A DNA stretch of 64,000 nt from Octopus vulgaris (taxonomy: Eukaryota): contig OX597835.1 in assembly GCA_951406725.2 (NCBI GenBank), positions 19,902,001-19,966,000 of the forward strand. The letters run 5' to 3'. Numbering within the stretch: position 1 is the stretch's first letter; every line of letters begins with the position of its first letter. Below, one piece after another: positions 43,622 through 56,832 of the stretch. The position numbers were made by a program, and so were the translations under genes. The notes under the pieces were generated by a model. That model was not told the DNA's origin. It worked only from the letters and a program-made list of their open reading frames with translations, and made no database searches.

Positions 43622-44704
43622 TATATGTATGTATGTATGTATGTATGTACGTATGTGTGTGTGTGTATGTGTATATATATATATATATACACACATACAC
43701 ATACATACATACATACATACATACATACATACATACATACATACATACATAATCAGGTTTCCGATTTTCTATTTTGATAGGTATTCATTCTTCAAAATGT
43801 ATTTTCTAATATTTTACTGAATATTTAGTTCTGATATAAAGCATATAATCTAGAAATATGGAATACTAGGAAAAGCAGATGTACCTCATAAGAACACGGC
43901 TTTCATTAGAATCGTATCAACATACTCTGTGAGTGTGTGTTTGTGTGTGGTTGTGTGTGTGTGTGTGTGTGCCTGTGTGTGAGTGTGTCTGTGTATCCAA
44001 CAGAGTATTTATATATAAACAGAAAAATGTAGTTGTTTTTCCAAAGACTGAAAAAATTGATATAATATACGAACGTAATCGATTTTGAAAGACGACGTTT
44101 GAGTGTTCACCAATGAGGAAAGATGAAACTCCAACAAAGGAAATAATTTATTGCTCATAATGTGTAGTACAATTATGAGTTGCTCATAATAAAGTTAGCG
44201 TCTTTATTATATATCATTATTACTCTTATGCTCAATTTAAGGATCCTTGGTTTCATTCATGAACCTGAAGTAATAAGGAAAAGGCAACGTTCAGACAAAT
44301 GGCCTTTGGGATTGGAAAGTCACGGAATGTAAACCCAATAATGGAAACGCACAACAACCGAACATACAATAGAAATACAAAATGGCTGACGGTTAGTAAG
44401 GAGATACACAAATAAAAAAGAAGAAAACACAGGACCACCGAACTAGCCATACATAAGAATCTTATAATATAGTTCATTGTTTCCATTATTTATAATTTAA
44501 GTATGTTCTGATAAAGAATTCTAGATCTTTAGCATGCTTCACTCATCAGAGCACGGTTATGCAGGAACACCACCGTGAAGAGTACTTACTAAAAATTATC
44601 GACCCCAGTAACTTTTTTTTAAAAATCTCGGTCATAATTCAATCGGTGGTTTTCGATGAAACGCTATGTTACGGCTTCCTAAATTACCATGCTACGGATG
44701 TCAG

Positions 44705-45070
44705 GCGGTGGTGATGGTGGTGGTGGTGGTGGTGACGGTGGTGGTGGTGGTGGCGGTGATAGTGGTGGTGATGCCGGTGGTGGTGGTGACGGTGGCGTCG
44801 GTGGTGGTGGCGGTGGTGGTGGTGGCGGTGGCGATGGTGGTGGTGGTGGTGGTGGTGGTGGTGGTGTTGGTGGCGGCGGTGGCGGCGGTGGTGGTAGTGG
44901 TAGTGGTGGCGGTGGTGGTGGTTGTGGTGGCGGCGGCGGCGGTGATGGTGGTGGTGGTGGTGATGGTGGTGTTGGTGGTGGTGGTGGTGGTGGTGATGGT
45001 GGTGTTGGTGGTGGTGGTGGTGGTGGTGACAAACATACACAAAGACCCCACACCCTCACACGCACAAACA

Positions 45071-45135
<65 letters not shown>
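44705..45135. repeat. (GGT/GGC)n followed by (TATC)n microsatellite
   Basis: Directly visible. Confidence 0.95.
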
Positions 45136-45136
<1 letters not shown>

Positions 45137-45449
45137 CATAGCTCTTGAGAGCTCTGGGACGATGACCGTTCGCTCAACAGCAACAGCAACAGCAATAGCA
45201 GCGTAGGTCCGAAGTTAAGCCAGCATTTGTTGTGGCAGCAACTTCACAATTGCAACAGTTTATGACGATGGATTCTTTGTGCTTCTATTTTTACGAATCC
45301 AGTACGATACTGTCTTTCTTAGCCATTTCCATTTTCTTTTTTTTTTTTGTTTTTTTTTTTTGTTTCTTGTTTTGCAGTAGCCTCCCTCTCATTACCTTAT
45401 ACGTTGTGGCGTTTTAAATTATTCCGAAATTTGTCATGTTGCAGTGGTA

Positions 45450-46380
45450 ATTGTCTACCAATCTTACATCATGTGATTTCAGGTTGTCCATAATAAATTT
45501 TTTGAGGAATTCTATCATTGCTTCAGTTCAATCCTGATTTGGAGAATTTCTATGCCGGGAAAACACATGCACAAAATATCACTGTTCTTGACTCTATCGT
45601 CTCATTTTATTTTGTAGATTTGCCTTAGACATCTCAAATGAAAGTTATGTAATTGATTAAAATGCATCCTGTAGGAGGTCCAAGTCTCGCCAGAGCAAGA
45701 GTGTGCTTAATACGAATGATTTATCGATTTCAAGTTTGGTTTCAATAGAGAAAGCAATAGCATTCTAAAGTCTCTTTTGCAGTTTCTCAAAAGCTGAACT
45801 TGTTTTCAATTTCTTTATAATGCTTAGCAACGTTGGTTACCATAGAGTCAAGATTTTCAAAATTGCTAACAGTTGTTTTAGACCTTTTCTTTATACAATC
45901 ACTCTAGACATAATGTATGGATTATTGCTAGCGCATGCCTCAATGAGTTTTGTCTTTAATAATTATCGTTCTGGCTGGAATTTGTTTCATATTAACAAAT
46001 TTGTTTGGTACAGTTCAATGATTTGTTTAATACAGGAAATGAACATGCACTGCACATATACCTGCATATAGTAACTCTTTTATAGTTTGAAAGTATATTC
46101 CGGTTTAGCATTAAAAATTTTACGATATTCCAATCTATCATGACTGCAAAATACAATGCGAATAACACACAGCCTTGTCTTGTACCAATCGTCATACGAA
46201 ATGGTTGTTATTGACCCTCCTTTGAGATAACAAAGGATCTTATATACCTGTGCAATGCTATAATCACATTTAGTATTTGCGCAGTTTCCTCTAGAATTGC
46301 CAGGAACTTCGTAATCCGTCACAACATACCTTGTCAGAAGATTTTGTGAAATCACAAATAATCTAAGGATCTTTTCCCTG
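45450..46380 (-). mobile_element. Degenerate RTE-clade LINE RT relic
   Basis: Minus strand: IICDFTKSSDKV...IGTRQGCVLFALYF...TKLEIDKSFVLSTLL/SGETWTSYRMHFNQLHNFHLRCLRQIYKIK*DDRVKNSDIL. Confidence 0.85.
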
Positions 46381-46586
46381 CACCTATCTACCTATCTACA
46401 GATAGGCAATAAAATAAATTATTATTACCGGTGATCTAGCACAAAAGACATGTTAGCCATTAGGCTATATGTTATTCATATATAAGTACATTTAAGGCCT
46501 CTAAAAGAAGAAGCGAGTATTAGATACACAAAAATTGGATAAATTCAATGAAAGGAAAATTAAAAACGTTTACAAACTCGGTTCAT

Positions 46587-46656
46587 CTTATACTGCAGTT
46601 TCGTCTTTTTCAGCAGTAAATATAATTTATCTGCTAAGGCTAGACCCTTCAGTAAG
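46587..46656 (-). ncRNA. Hammerhead-like motif (A9 replaced by G)
   Basis: ctta CTGAAGG GTCT [loop with agcag/ctgct] AGAC GAAA ctgcag TA taag; palindromic ACTGCAGT. Confidence 0.7.
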
Positions 46657-47324
46657 CAGCCTTTGTTATCCTAGAAGTACATATCAATAGAAGCATGTGC
46701 GACTCTACTGACTTGCATTCTCTAACTTTTCAGACCATTGCGCAGACGCAGAACATACCCGACAAACAGAGAGGGTTCTGGTATAGCTAATGAACTCAAA
46801 TAACGAATGTTAATATAAACTTAATTCAAATAATAAAATTCATCACCTAAGGACACACTGTAATGAGCAGGATAATTATCTGACAATAGGATAACCTAAC
46901 ATTAGCTAATAGAAGGATGTAGGCATATAACTAGTATAGTTAAAACTGGTACTGCATGCAGTGGTCTTATGAAGCGGTATGGGAAACGAGAACAGTTCAA
47001 TGGAAATGGAGGATAATGATTTCAAATTTTGCCAGAAGACCAGCAGTTCCAGGAGAGGGGATAACGTAGATTAGGTTTACGGCAGTGCTTAAAGAGCATT
47101 TATTTTATCGACTTCGAAATGATGAGAGGCAAGGTGGAGTTCGGCGAAATTGAAACTAAGATCGCAAAGACGTGCAACATGTTTCGTACGCAAATTTTTT
47201 GCCCGGCATGTCAACGATTCTGCCAGCCCCTCAACTTCGGAAATAGCTAATATTAATAATAGCTCAAAGAATACAGCAGATAGTAACGGCGTGCTAACTT
47301 TCCTGTCAGATCGCTTTATATAGT

Positions 47325-47375
47325 TTTGTCAGTGAACAGGTCGCGGTCTCAAAGAGACGAAAATATTTTGGCAAA
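47325..47375 (+). ncRNA. Degenerate hammerhead-like motif
   Basis: tttgtca gTGAAcA ggtcgcg GTCTC aaa GAGAC GAAA atat TT tggcaaa; 7-bp stem I, palindromic AATATT; core reads G3/C8, which could still pair. Confidence 0.5.
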
Positions 47376-47593
47376 TTAAATTTAAATGTTGAAGTGAATT
47401 TAACGGTGTTTGTGTGTTTCTTAAAAGGCTTATAAACACCTTCCACACTGCAATTATTTATATATATATATATATTGTTATATTTCGGAATGGTCATTTT
47501 GCCAGTTTAGCCAATAAAAACTCACGCACTATATATTTGGTGTTATTTTGCTTCAGTGTTATTTATTTTTTACATTAATCTTAATCTTATTTC

Positions 47594-47638
47594 GGCCAGA
47601 GTTCTTTCGTCACACGCCTGTGACCGCATCAGTGGTCC
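47594..47638 (-). ncRNA. Hammerhead-like motif (A9 replaced by C)
   Basis: ggacca CTGATGC g GTCAC aggcgt GTGAC GAAA gaac TC tggcc; its upstream flank recurs inverted at ~44360-44440. Confidence 0.62.
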
Positions 47639-48402
47639 TTTGTTTTCTTCTTTCTTATTTGTGTCTCTCCTTACTAACCGTCAGCCATTTTGTATTTCTA
47701 TTGTATGTCTTCATTTGCGCATGCTTATATCTCTATGTGCGTCTATGTTTAGTTAGTGTGTATGTGGGGGGATGCCTGTAATATTTGTATCTTCTGTTTA
47801 TATACGTTCATATAATTTGTATTTGTTGTTGCTGTTTTTGTTTATTCTTAGATAAATTAGAGAAGAACCACCATGTAGCAATTCAAGAATGATATAACTT
47901 AAATCATACCATAAAGAAAAGATAAAAGTACGATAAAACATTTACCTTGAACTAAAGAAATTACGAAATAATAAATAAATAGTATATAAATAGTAAAGTT
48001 TTCCTTGGTAGTTTGGAATCATATTATAGATACATACCTAAATGACTAAATCTCAAACCGTTGCAAATATTTGTATGTAGATATTTGACTACATATATAA
48101 GCATATAACTGTTATCTCCCAAGACGTGATTGTATATAACTTTAGCAATTCCGACCGGATACCATGAAGACGTCATGAAATATTTGGACAGCAGACTTCG
48201 TGGAATTTCGACAGCAAATTCCTGAGGAATTCATAAGCGAATAAAAGGTGAATATTGATCTAATCCCATGACTTCGGGCATTGCAACAATAGTTTAGTGA
48301 TTTAAGCCATATCGATGACAGATTTTATATTTACACGTCGAATTGTCATCACCTTCGTCCGTATGCACGGAAATATACATACATGCACGCACTCCCGCGC
48401 AT

Positions 48403-48433
<31 letters not shown>

Positions 48434-48436
48434 CAT

Positions 48437-48501
<65 letters not shown>

Positions 48502-48502
48502 T

Positions 48503-48535
<33 letters not shown>

Positions 48536-48905
48536 CATACATAATATATATATGTATATATACATATGTGTGTGTGTCTTGCTATCTGTCTGTTTAATTG
48601 TCCCTCTCTCACACACTCTCTCTCTCTCTCTCTCTCTCTCACTATATATATATATATACTTTCATATGTATACGCATCTAATTATGCATATGTATCATCA
48701 TTGGTGTTAAATGCCTATATACTTCGACACATCATTCACCACATATGGAGCTCTTTATCGCAGAGTCACGAACATAAAACCTATATATTTCTAGTGCAAT
48801 TCCCATTTCTTCAATTCTCTTGGCCAAGCAAGTGAACTTGAAGCTCGTGATTCGCACAAGCAAATGTGTCTGACGATACACACACACACACACACACACA
48901 CAGAG

Positions 48906-48969
<64 letters not shown>

Positions 48970-49569
48970 ACACATACAGGGTCACACATACATACGCACA
49001 CATAACACACATACAGCGACGCGCTCGCACATGCACACACACTGAAGCACTATGCACGCGTAAACACATATTGAACCTTAGTTACATACACACATTTGCT
49101 GCCGACCATAAAGATCACACTTTGATATACGCATGTGTAAAGGTTATCACACGTGCGCGCCCAAGGGCACACACACCCATACATACACACACACACACAC
49201 ATACACATACGCACGTATACAACGTATACATGCTCACGCATATACAGACATTTAAATACTTATATGCAATAGTTTTCGATGCCTTATAGAATTTGTTTCA
49301 AGTAATCGACCGGCCCTCACATGTCGCGCTTGAAATGAAAATGAAAGATCAATGGGATGACAATATAGTGAAGTACAGGGATATCCTGTCAATGTGTGAT
49401 ATCACTGGTACTGAGGTCCTCCACTTCACTGAGGTGGTGTGGCCGTGGATCAGGAATGGGCGATGATATGATCTAAAAACACGTCGTTTTCGAGCAACTT
49501 TAAAAATAATGAGGGCAGAGCCGATTGACCTGCACTACGATATAAAGGTAAAGTAAAAGATAACTTAAT

Positions 49570-50370
49570 AGGTTTGACATGAACATGTATCCCTGGAAGT
49601 GGAACAAGCAGTCGAAGGGGTTGGAGATGCCAAAGTTATACAGCACTTGCTAACTTTGAGATATAAAGACGTTGTGAAATGCATAAAAATTACAAAGACA
49701 TTATTTTAGATGTGGTGGGAAAAAGGGAGCATGCAATCCTAAACTTCACAGTAGAACCTGCATATGGAAAGACCTACCAAGCTAAAAAGATATTAGAAGT
49801 TCATATTGATAAAGGTTTGAAAGATGATCAGACATTTCGATTTGCTGGTGATGGTGATCGATTTCCAAAAATGGAAGCAAGAGATGTCATCATAGATTTG
49901 GGTGAAGAAGATGATGAACTCTTCCGTCGTAATGGAACTGATCTTATTCCCTCGGAGCTTGAAAAATTGCTGCCTGAACGTAGAACTGTGAACATTCCCG
50001 TTTCTTATTTCTTTACTGCCCACAAGGGGCTACACACAGAGGGGACAAACAAGGACAGACAAACATATTAAGTCGATTATATCGACTCCAGTTCGTAACT
50101 GATACTTAATTTATCGACCCCGAAAGGATGATAGGCAAAGTAGACCTTCGCGGAATTTGAACCCAGAACGTAACAGCAGTCGAAATACGGCTACGCATTT
50201 TTGCCCCGCGTGCTAACGTTTCTGCCAGCTTGCCGCCTTTGCCGTGAACATTCCCGTTTCTGGAGAAGCATGTGTTCTGTCAGAACTTCACCCCAAAGAA
50301 CAACGTTATAGGTGTCAATGCACTGAAGCTTATGATGATGATGTGGATGATCACATGGGTCTTGCAAATT
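49570..50370 (+). pseudogene. DNAJA: Processed, internally deleted DnaJ subfamily A (Hsp40, DNAJA1/4-like) pseudogene
   Basis: RCGGKKGA; NPKLHSRTC; KKILEVHIDKGLKDDQTFRFAGDGDRFPKMEARDVII...FRRNGTDLI; ELEKLLPERR; EAYDDDD. Collinear with the DNAJA C-terminal half, intronless, frameshifted and SINE-interrupted. Confidence 0.88.
50006..50238 (-). mobile_element. Full-length SINE family A with 18-bp TSD
   Basis: gtgaacattcccgtttct at 49988-50005 and 50244-50261. Confidence 0.95.
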
Positions 50371-50719
50371 AGTATTGTCCTAATTTTGATTATGCGATCT
50401 GGTCACATGATGGATTAATTAGCCATTTTCGTGTCCATACTGTTCAAAATAACTTTAATTTGTACCATTGCAGTGATAGCCATCAGGAGGAGTCAATGAC
50501 ATGGTAAGTAAATATATGTAAAGAATAAAAAATATGGTGAATTTGTTTATCATATTTTATATGTAGATATTATGTGTTGGTTGCCGAAGTGTTTTTCACA
50601 TCGAACTGGGTGTGTTTGGTAGAATGCTGTTCTTCTTTTATGAATTTGATTTAGGTGAGGTTTTTTCAGTTTTATTGACTGATCACTGAAACGTCGTTTT
50701 CGATGTCAGACGCTATAAA

Positions 50720-50758
50720 CAACATCATCATCATCATCATCATCATCAACACCACCAT

Positions 50759-50790
<32 letters not shown>

Positions 50791-50891
50791 TCATAATTAT
50801 TATCATCATGATCATCATCATCAACATCATCCAAATCATCATCAGCCGCATCATCACCATCGCCATCACCACTACAACCATCATCATCATC

Positions 50892-50975
<84 letters not shown>

Positions 50976-51012
50976 GTCATCATGATCCTCATCATCATCA
51001 TCATTATCATAG
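50720..51012. repeat. (CAT)n microsatellite
   Basis: Directly visible. Confidence 0.95.
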
Positions 51013-51428
51013 TCAACATAGAGAGAAAGGGTGGGCCAAAGAGGGGAGAGAGATAAAGTATACGTGGTTTCTCTTTTGATTCTGTATTGAATATTCTTGT
51101 TTTATCAATCTTCGGTAATGGATACACAGTGAATAATATGATTTCCATTCATATTCGGTGAGACACCGTTTTTGATATGTCCACGCATTTGAATTACATG
51201 AAAATTTAATCGAAAGAAAAATGTACATAGTGTCCACCATTATATCTTCACTCTACCGGTCTATTTTTTTTCCTTGGATCCAATTCTATGCTCAGATACA
51301 CTTGACCAACTTAAAACACTATGAATTCGACTCCATTGTATTTTGACAGAGAGATGATCTTAACATTTGAGTAATGCCTGAAACAATTCATTTAGAATGC
51401 AGTCTTATAAGTACACGCACACTGACAC

Positions 51429-51482
<54 letters not shown>

Positions 51483-51576
51483 ACACACACAAACACTAAA
51501 TAATAGGCACACATGTATTCAAACATGCAAGCACATGCACACCCCGTACACACACACGCGTATAAATATGTATAGC

Positions 51577-51784
51577 TACTCTTTTACTCTTTTACTTGTT
51601 TCAGTCATTTGACTGCGGCCATGCTGGAGCACCGCCTTTAGTCGAGCAAATCGACCCCGGAACATATTCTTTGTAAGCCCAGTACTTATTCTATCGGTCT
51701 CTTTTGCCAAACCGCTAGGAGACGGGGAAGTAAACACACCAGCATCGGTTGTAAAGCAATGCTAGGGGGACAAACACACACGCA

Positions 51785-51819
<35 letters not shown>

Positions 51820-51979
51820 CAGGCGTCCTTCAGTTTCCGTCTTCCAAATCCACTCACAAGGCTTTGGTCGGCCCGAGGCTACAGTAGAAGGTACTTGCCC
51901 AAGGTGCCACGCAGTGGGACTGAACCCGGAACCATGTGGTTGGTAAACAAGCTACTTACCACACAGCCACTCCTGCGCC
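51577..51979 (-). mobile_element. SINE family B, full length
   Basis: Reverse complement of 22187-22576. Confidence 0.92.
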
Positions 51980-54437
51980 TAGAGAAATATTTGCATTTTC
52001 ATGAACCAACAGAATATCACACGGATTAACTTACACGCATGTGTAAGCGGCAGTCACTGGACGTATATACTTTCGAAACATATATTTCATGAAGAGATTT
52101 TTTTCACGTTATTTCCGTGTCAGAAGAAAAACTGAAGACCCATTTTAGCATATTTCTCTCCTATCTGCACTTGCTTTACCATAATGGAGCATAGCATTCA
52201 TCAGGCATTTCATGATTTGCTTGTCGCTATGTGTGTCTGTGTGTTTTGCTGTGTACTTAGGGAGAAAGATGATGTTGTGTGTGTGTTGACAGACCTGAAT
52301 TATTCAAAGTGTTTCTTCTCGGCTATAGAAAGCAACGTCCTTGATTTCCTTCACTATTATTGTTTCGCAACAGAACGGTTTTTATTTACTACTGACTTAC
52401 TACTGCAGAATTATACAGGTAACACCCCACACCCACCCACACATATATTTATTCATAAGACAACACCCAGACATTAAAATGCACGTGTAGAATAATTCTG
52501 TAACCTTGCTGCACATTAGAGATACCGATTTTTACACATACACACACATACACACACATAAACAAACAAACACACACACATACACACATACACACACACA
52601 CTCATATATATATATATATATATATACATATAGATGTTTATACATACACACACACATATATATATATACATATATATATATGTATATAATATAGTATAAT
52701 AAAATATAATATAATATAATATAATACAATACAATATATATACGAATTATATATGATAATTGTAATACTTCTTTGCATCCCTGTATGTGAGCATGCAGGT
52801 TTTATTGTATGGAAATCTGGTGCATTTTAATCGAGAAACCCATAACAAACATTAATGTTGACTTTAGTACTTAAACCCGATTTAATGCACAAAACTGCAC
52901 TTGCGTTCCTCTACTTTGCAACATAATTACAATAGACTCTCAATGATCGATCTCGCTGCAAGATTTATTCGATTAATCTCAAACAGATCACACAATATAC
53001 TGTTTCGCCTTGAGAGAGAATATCTCTGAAGACAATATAAATTTTCACGCGCAGCCTCGCAAAAGGAAATGATATAGACCTGACGCTTATGTCTATGATA
53101 TTTCTGCTTAAACCTGGCTGACTTTAGGTCAAACAACACGCATCAACACCGAAAACGACACTCGATAGTTTCGCTATTACTAGATAGCGATCGCTGCCTT
53201 AATGCTATAATTATTGACGCTGTATCACACAGGCACCGCAACCTGTGAATGTAGAATTGGCTCCGTACCACGAAATAACACCCGAATTACCCTTATATCG
53301 TTTTCGTATATCATGCTGAGAGGAAATACATGAACAATATCCGTTTATCATTTGCTTTAGAATGGTTAAACAATAACATTGTTAGGATGAAAAAAAAAAT
53401 GTTTCTTGGCAAGAACCGTATTTCCCAGTAAAGAACTCGAATATTTCAGACCTAAATTTACTATGAAGAGGGATTTGTAGTTCCAAAAATTCCATGTGTA
53501 AAGCAAAAATTTAGGAAGAGTTAGTGAATGCTTTCTCTACAGGCCAGTATAATATTTTGCGTCGGCATGTACGCCGGAAAAAAAGGTATATTTCTCATCT
53601 TCATTGGCAAGGACCAATACTGCATTGGATCTTTATCGCCAAACACCTTGAAGTTAGATTAGAAAGAGCTGAACTATGTTTCGGAGGAAATTTAAACCGG
53701 CTCTCAAGGAGTTGCTTCACGACTGTCCTGAATTAGAATTCATTTATCGAAATTTAAAAGGTGTTAAAAAAGAGGAATTCACGAAATGGTCCTTAGAAAG
53801 ATTTGAACAAGAAACAGAAACAGCGGAACACATGGAACGGCTAGTTTTAACAGCTGTTAAAAGACATGGAACGACTGATTTTAACAGCAGTGAATTGATC
53901 AAGATCAACTCACTGCTAAATTAATTCACTGGTTTCTTTTAAGCCAAAAGACAAACAGATATTATGCCAACATACCCACAAAATTAGAACATGTTACTTC
54001 TTACAGGCACGTGGAAATCATTAAATACTTAATAGTCAATTACTTTTGTATATGAGGCAGAGGAAATGTGCAGCATTTCGAAATGTTTTAGCCACCCTTC
54101 AAATGATTAACAGCCATCAGTGAAAAATTATAATTGGATCCCTTCGAATTTCACGTAAATTCAAACATCAATTTATTCATCTCAGAATGAGCGGGAAACG
54201 GGCTTCCTCATCAACAGCATCATAAATGTATCTTCATGTATGCCAGTATGGGTGCATATATGTTTGTGCTTTTATAGCTATACACAAACAGACACACACA
54301 CACACACACACTCAAACACACTCACACACACAAACACATACGCACAAACACATACACACAAACACATACACACGCATATATATATATATACACATATATA
54401 TATGTATATGTATATTTGTATGTATATGTATATATAT

Positions 54438-55041
54438 ATTTTTTTCTCGCCTTGTTTTTTTTTCTGTGTATCTTTCTGCCGAAGAGCGTAGGCTCGAAAC
54501 GTAAAAGACTTTTTCTATTCTTGAGCGCTATGCTAATACATTTGTTTGTTTGTACTCCACCTGTCTTCGTTTTTTGTTTATTTTCGCAAACTTTCCCTTT
54601 ATATATATATATATATATATATATACATTCCTGTCACAACCTAGGGCCTTGTAGACTGCTTAAATGCAAGAAAGTATACTAGTCCCTTAATATTTGATAT
54701 TCAATATTTCATCTATTCAATAAGACAATCAATACTTAATTTCATTTTACTATATATATACTGTATATATACTATATATTCTATATTCTACATTAATATT
54801 ATAAAGAATATAAATAAAAACATAAAAAAACAGAGTTGGAATTCCTTTGAATAATATATATAGATCGTTAGCCACTACACGCATTTTTTTCTCTCCTAGT
54901 TTTTTCTGTGTAACTTTCTGTAGAAGAGCGTAGGCTCGAAACTTAAACGAACTTTTCTATTCCTGAGCGTTATACTAATACATCTGTTAGTTTTGTACAG
55001 CACCTGTCTTCGTCTTTTGTTTGTTTCGTAAACTTTCCCTG

Positions 55042-55042
<1 letters not shown>
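54438..55042 (+). mobile_element. Cluster of three short PLE-type repeats, each with a hammerhead-like motif (54471-54508, 54643-54687, 54913-54950)
   Basis: tcttt CTGCCGA a GAGC gtag GCTC GAAAC GTA aaaga; agggcc TTGTAGA cTGC ttaaat GCAa GAAA gtatac TA gtccct; CTGTAGA a GAGC gtag GCTC GAAAC. Confidence 0.7.
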
Positions 55043-55081
<39 letters not shown>

Positions 55082-55717
55082 TAGAAACACTTACATCACT
55101 CACACACACACATTCACACACATGCACAATAAACCCAAAGGATATATTTGTTTAACGAAAGTAAGGATTACTGCGCCTATGGGCATCCCTGTATCCAAAT
55201 ATATCAATAAGTTAGGATGCAGCTTTTGGGATATGTGCGTACAAAGATGTCTTTCGTATTTCCAGCGTATTCAATATATAACCATCTACATATCTTTGTT
55301 CCATAATCTATCTCTCCCTTGTTATCTCACTTGGTCAGCATTTCCAAGTAACTTCAGAAATTGCCAATAGAATTTCTGTAAGACCCATCAAGTTATCTAT
55401 CAAAGGCAGAGGTAGTACCGAAGTAGGATTTTTATTAGAGTTTTGGGTTCTTATCACAGAGACTCAATAACAATGATTGCTGCGTCTACGTGTAGCTACA
55501 AAATACTTGTACGACAAGATTAGAAATTATCTGTAGGGTACAGGGAGATCATGATAAATATCATTTATATGTGTATGTGTTTGTGAGTGCATCTCAATTC
55601 TTCCCCTCTCTCTCTCTCTGACTCTCTGACAATCTATCCATATGTATATCTATATATACATATATACATACACACACATATATATATATATATATGTATG
55701 TGTGTGTACATATATAT

Positions 55718-55767
<50 letters not shown>

Positions 55768-55925
55768 ATATATACATATGTATATATATATATATACATA
55801 TACATATATGTATATATATGTATATACATATATATATATTTGTATGTATATGTATATATATATATACATATGTGTGTGTATATATATATATGTATATATA
55901 TATGTATGTATATATATATATAAAG

Positions 55926-56027
<102 letters not shown>

Positions 56028-56342
56028 CTTGAAATGTATATCACTCTGAAGACGTTTGCCTCGTACGTTTGTTATGTACGTAATCTTCAAGGGATTAAGC
56101 TTTTGTAATCTGGATTTCTTTGAAATGCTGAGAATCTCTTGTGTTGAAGTTACTTTATTTACATATTTCCTATTTTTATCGTAGAGTCTTGAAATGAGAA
56201 AATGGCTACTTAACGTCCTTTGAATCCAACCAGCCATATAATCCATTTCTCCTTAGAAGCAACGCATAAAAATGTACTTATTTTAACATAGGCAGATATA
56301 TACAAAAACGTATACATATACCTACATATATATACATATATT

Positions 56343-56425
<83 letters not shown>

Positions 56426-56457
56426 TTTATTTAAAGCAGCAGAAAATTCAACAAAAC

Positions 56458-56495
56458 CTGTTACTCTGAGTTTCCCTTTGCCGTTCATCGGACAG
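56458..56495 (-). ncRNA. Hammerhead-like motif
   Basis: ctgt CCGATGA acggcaaagg GAAAC tcaga GTA acag; stem III ACTC-A-GAGT; stem II weak. Confidence 0.6.
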
Positions 56496-56505
56496 TGTTT
56501 ACTCC

Positions 56506-56561
<56 letters not shown>

Positions 56562-56565
<4 letters not shown>

Positions 56566-56672
56566 CTGCTCGCTTAGCCAGCGGGGTGACATCATTGCAG
56601 GCTAAAACAATGCGAAGCGCATTGTGACCAGCGATGTGTAGCAACATCTTATGGCCTGGTCGGTCACGTGAT
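56562..56672 (+). mobile_element. 3' part of SINE family D
   Basis: aggctaaaacaatgcgaagc.cattgtgaccagcgatgtgta.caacatct...cctggtcggtcacg matches the reverse complement of ~42675-42750. Confidence 0.85.
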
Positions 56673-56791
56673 ATATATATATATACACATACAAATATAT
56701 ATACTGTTGTGTCTGGGGAGAGTCATTTTCTGTTAGTGCATTATGATTAACACACGCACTGGTAAAATTTCCACTCATTAACATATTTATT

Positions 56792-56832
56792 TTTCTAAAA
56801 TTTTCGTTGCGCCTTGCAACCTTTTCAAAGGT
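56792..56832 (-). ncRNA. Hammerhead-like motif with U3-A8 core; stem I 5' strand replaced by an inversion
   Basis: TTGAAAA g GTTGC aaggc GCAAC GAAA attt TA gaaa, then aataaa; upstream is the palindrome caaccttt/aaaggttg. Confidence 0.55.

Noticed and set aside
44666-45148. Poly-Pro (formin/extensin-like) or poly-Gly protein
   Set aside because: A (GGT)n repeat open in most frames, with no flanking domain or convincing splice context.
49679-50071. Functional 130-aa DnaJ CDS
   Set aside because: No J-domain, frameshifted N-terminus, internal deletions, and a C-terminus derived from an antisense SINE.
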